Source: Candidatus Thorarchaeota archaeon
Lineage (GTDB): Archaea > Asgardarchaeota > Thorarchaeia > Thorarchaeales > Thorarchaeaceae
Assembly (NCBI GenBank): GCA_963726195.1
Contig: CAVSBO010000005.1
Coordinates: 32,001 to 96,000 of the forward strand
Reading direction: 5' to 3'
DNA: 64,000 nucleotides
A model generated the notes under the pieces. That model was not told where the DNA came from. It did no database searches and saw only the letters and a list, made by a program, of their open reading frames with translations. Below are positions 63,203 through 64,000 of the stretch, in pieces. The translations under genes and the position numbers were made by a program. Position 1 is the first letter of the stretch. The number at the start of each line of letters is the position of its first letter.

Positions 63203-63670
63203 ATGGCGACCGTTAGGGAAGACAGCGACTTCTATTGTTTGCTTTGGCTCGGAATTGCCTTGTTGAGTGGGTACTACTTCAACATTGGATACTTGGGGCT
63301 CACAGTACCCCTGTATCTCAGCACGATGCAGCCATACCTGCTCCAGCTGGTAGGTTGCCCGCTGATCCTAGTCATGGTCTCTGTTTCTTACCTGAGGCCA
63401 TCCCGGGGTAGGTACAAACCCCTAGTATTCGCTCTGGCGATTGTCGTGTGCGTGTACTTCTACATCGTTGTCAATTCATTGCCCCCGGTCGCAGGAATCA
63501 CTTCCGACGCACTGTTTCTGTTATCATGGGGAATTGGCAGCGCTCTTCTGGTGGCATCAGGTTTTTCGATAATGCCCGGTCGCGCAGAAACAACTAGCCC
63601 CGGTATTCTGGATGTTGGGTCTCTCAAGTACGGCATTCAGACAGAAGAGGAACACAACGAAACAGCCTAG
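63203..63670 (+). CDS. Hypothetical 4-TM membrane protein
   Basis: GAGGT SD overlapping the upstream stop; hydrophobic segments. Confidence 0.65.
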   Translation: MATVREDSDFYCLLWLGIALLSGYYFNIGYLGLTVPLYLSTMQPYLLQLVGCPLILVMVSVSYLRPSRGRYKPLVFALAIVVCVYFYIVVNSLPPVAGITSDALFLLSWGIGSALLVASGFSIMPGRAETTSPGILDVGSLKYGIQTEEEHNETA

Positions 63671-63714
63671 TCGCGACCGACAGTTTCAGTGCTTCGTTTC
63701 GGAATAGCCAGGTC

Positions 63715-64000
63715 TCATTTGGCTTTTGAAAGCTCACCGAGCCAGCTCAATGACGCGAGCGTGAGAAGAATGCCGAATGCAGCCCATAGAAATAGGATCA
63801 GGCCGCTGTATGGTTGCGGGAATAATACGAGGTCCAAGTACCCTTCGATTCCACCAAACATAGCGGACAAGAGAGTCAACCCTATCCGTACTGCCCTCTT
63901 CCTTGAAAATGATATTGCTAGTGTTGATGCCGCGAAGAGAGCGTAGTCTGCGAGCAGAAGACTATGGAGAAGGTCCAAGATTTCTGATTCTGCAACCCAC
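63715..64000 (-). CDS. Hypothetical membrane protein, probably truncated by the window edge
   Basis: Three hydrophobic segments ending at a stop at 63715. Confidence 0.5.
   Translation of the reverse strand, partial: WVAESEILDLLHSLLLADYALFAASTLAISFSRKRAVRIGLTLLSAMFGGIEGYLDLVLFPQPYSGLILFLWAAFGILLTLASLSWLGELSKAK

Noticed and set aside
282-63946. Numerous short antisense or out-of-frame ORFs in the ORF track (e.g. 20210-21052, 61208-61900, 682-915)
   Set aside because: They are shadows of well-supported genes and carry no motifs of their own.

Overview
Archaeal chromosomal segment. Evidence: archaeal-type phosphoglycerate mutase, geranylgeranyl reductase and TATA-box promoters; an Asgard/Thorarchaeota-like origin is plausible but not provable from this window. 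Layout: (1) 1-9 kb: ABC exporter operon with a B12-radical SAM gene, a degenerate transcarbamylase, a standalone TnpB element, a PflX-like radical SAM gene and hypC. (2) 9-39 kb: large surface-glycosylation locus (GT4/GT2 enzymes, flippases, amino-sugar enzymes, five GT-C-like membrane proteins) with remnants of a second, related cluster. (3) 39.7-49 kb: pyk, eno, apgM, ferredoxin-like, UPF0182 and epimerase genes. (4) 49-54 kb: GGR, long-chain polyprenyl synthase, MenA and a CCG Fe-S protein. (5) 53.9-61.1 kb: accessory island with a HepT/MntA toxin-antitoxin pair and an array of 5'-truncated paralogous cassettes (conserved core plus variable hydrophobic C-terminus), each followed by a small membrane protein. 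This resembles an undescribed polymorphic toxin/immunity locus. (6) A GlcD-type FAD oxidoreductase fused in frame to a complex I NuoB-like domain. A ~124-bp structured non-coding repeat occurs twice (6.1 kb and 54.8 kb). Many single-base frameshifts in otherwise intact genes suggest sequencing or assembly indel errors.
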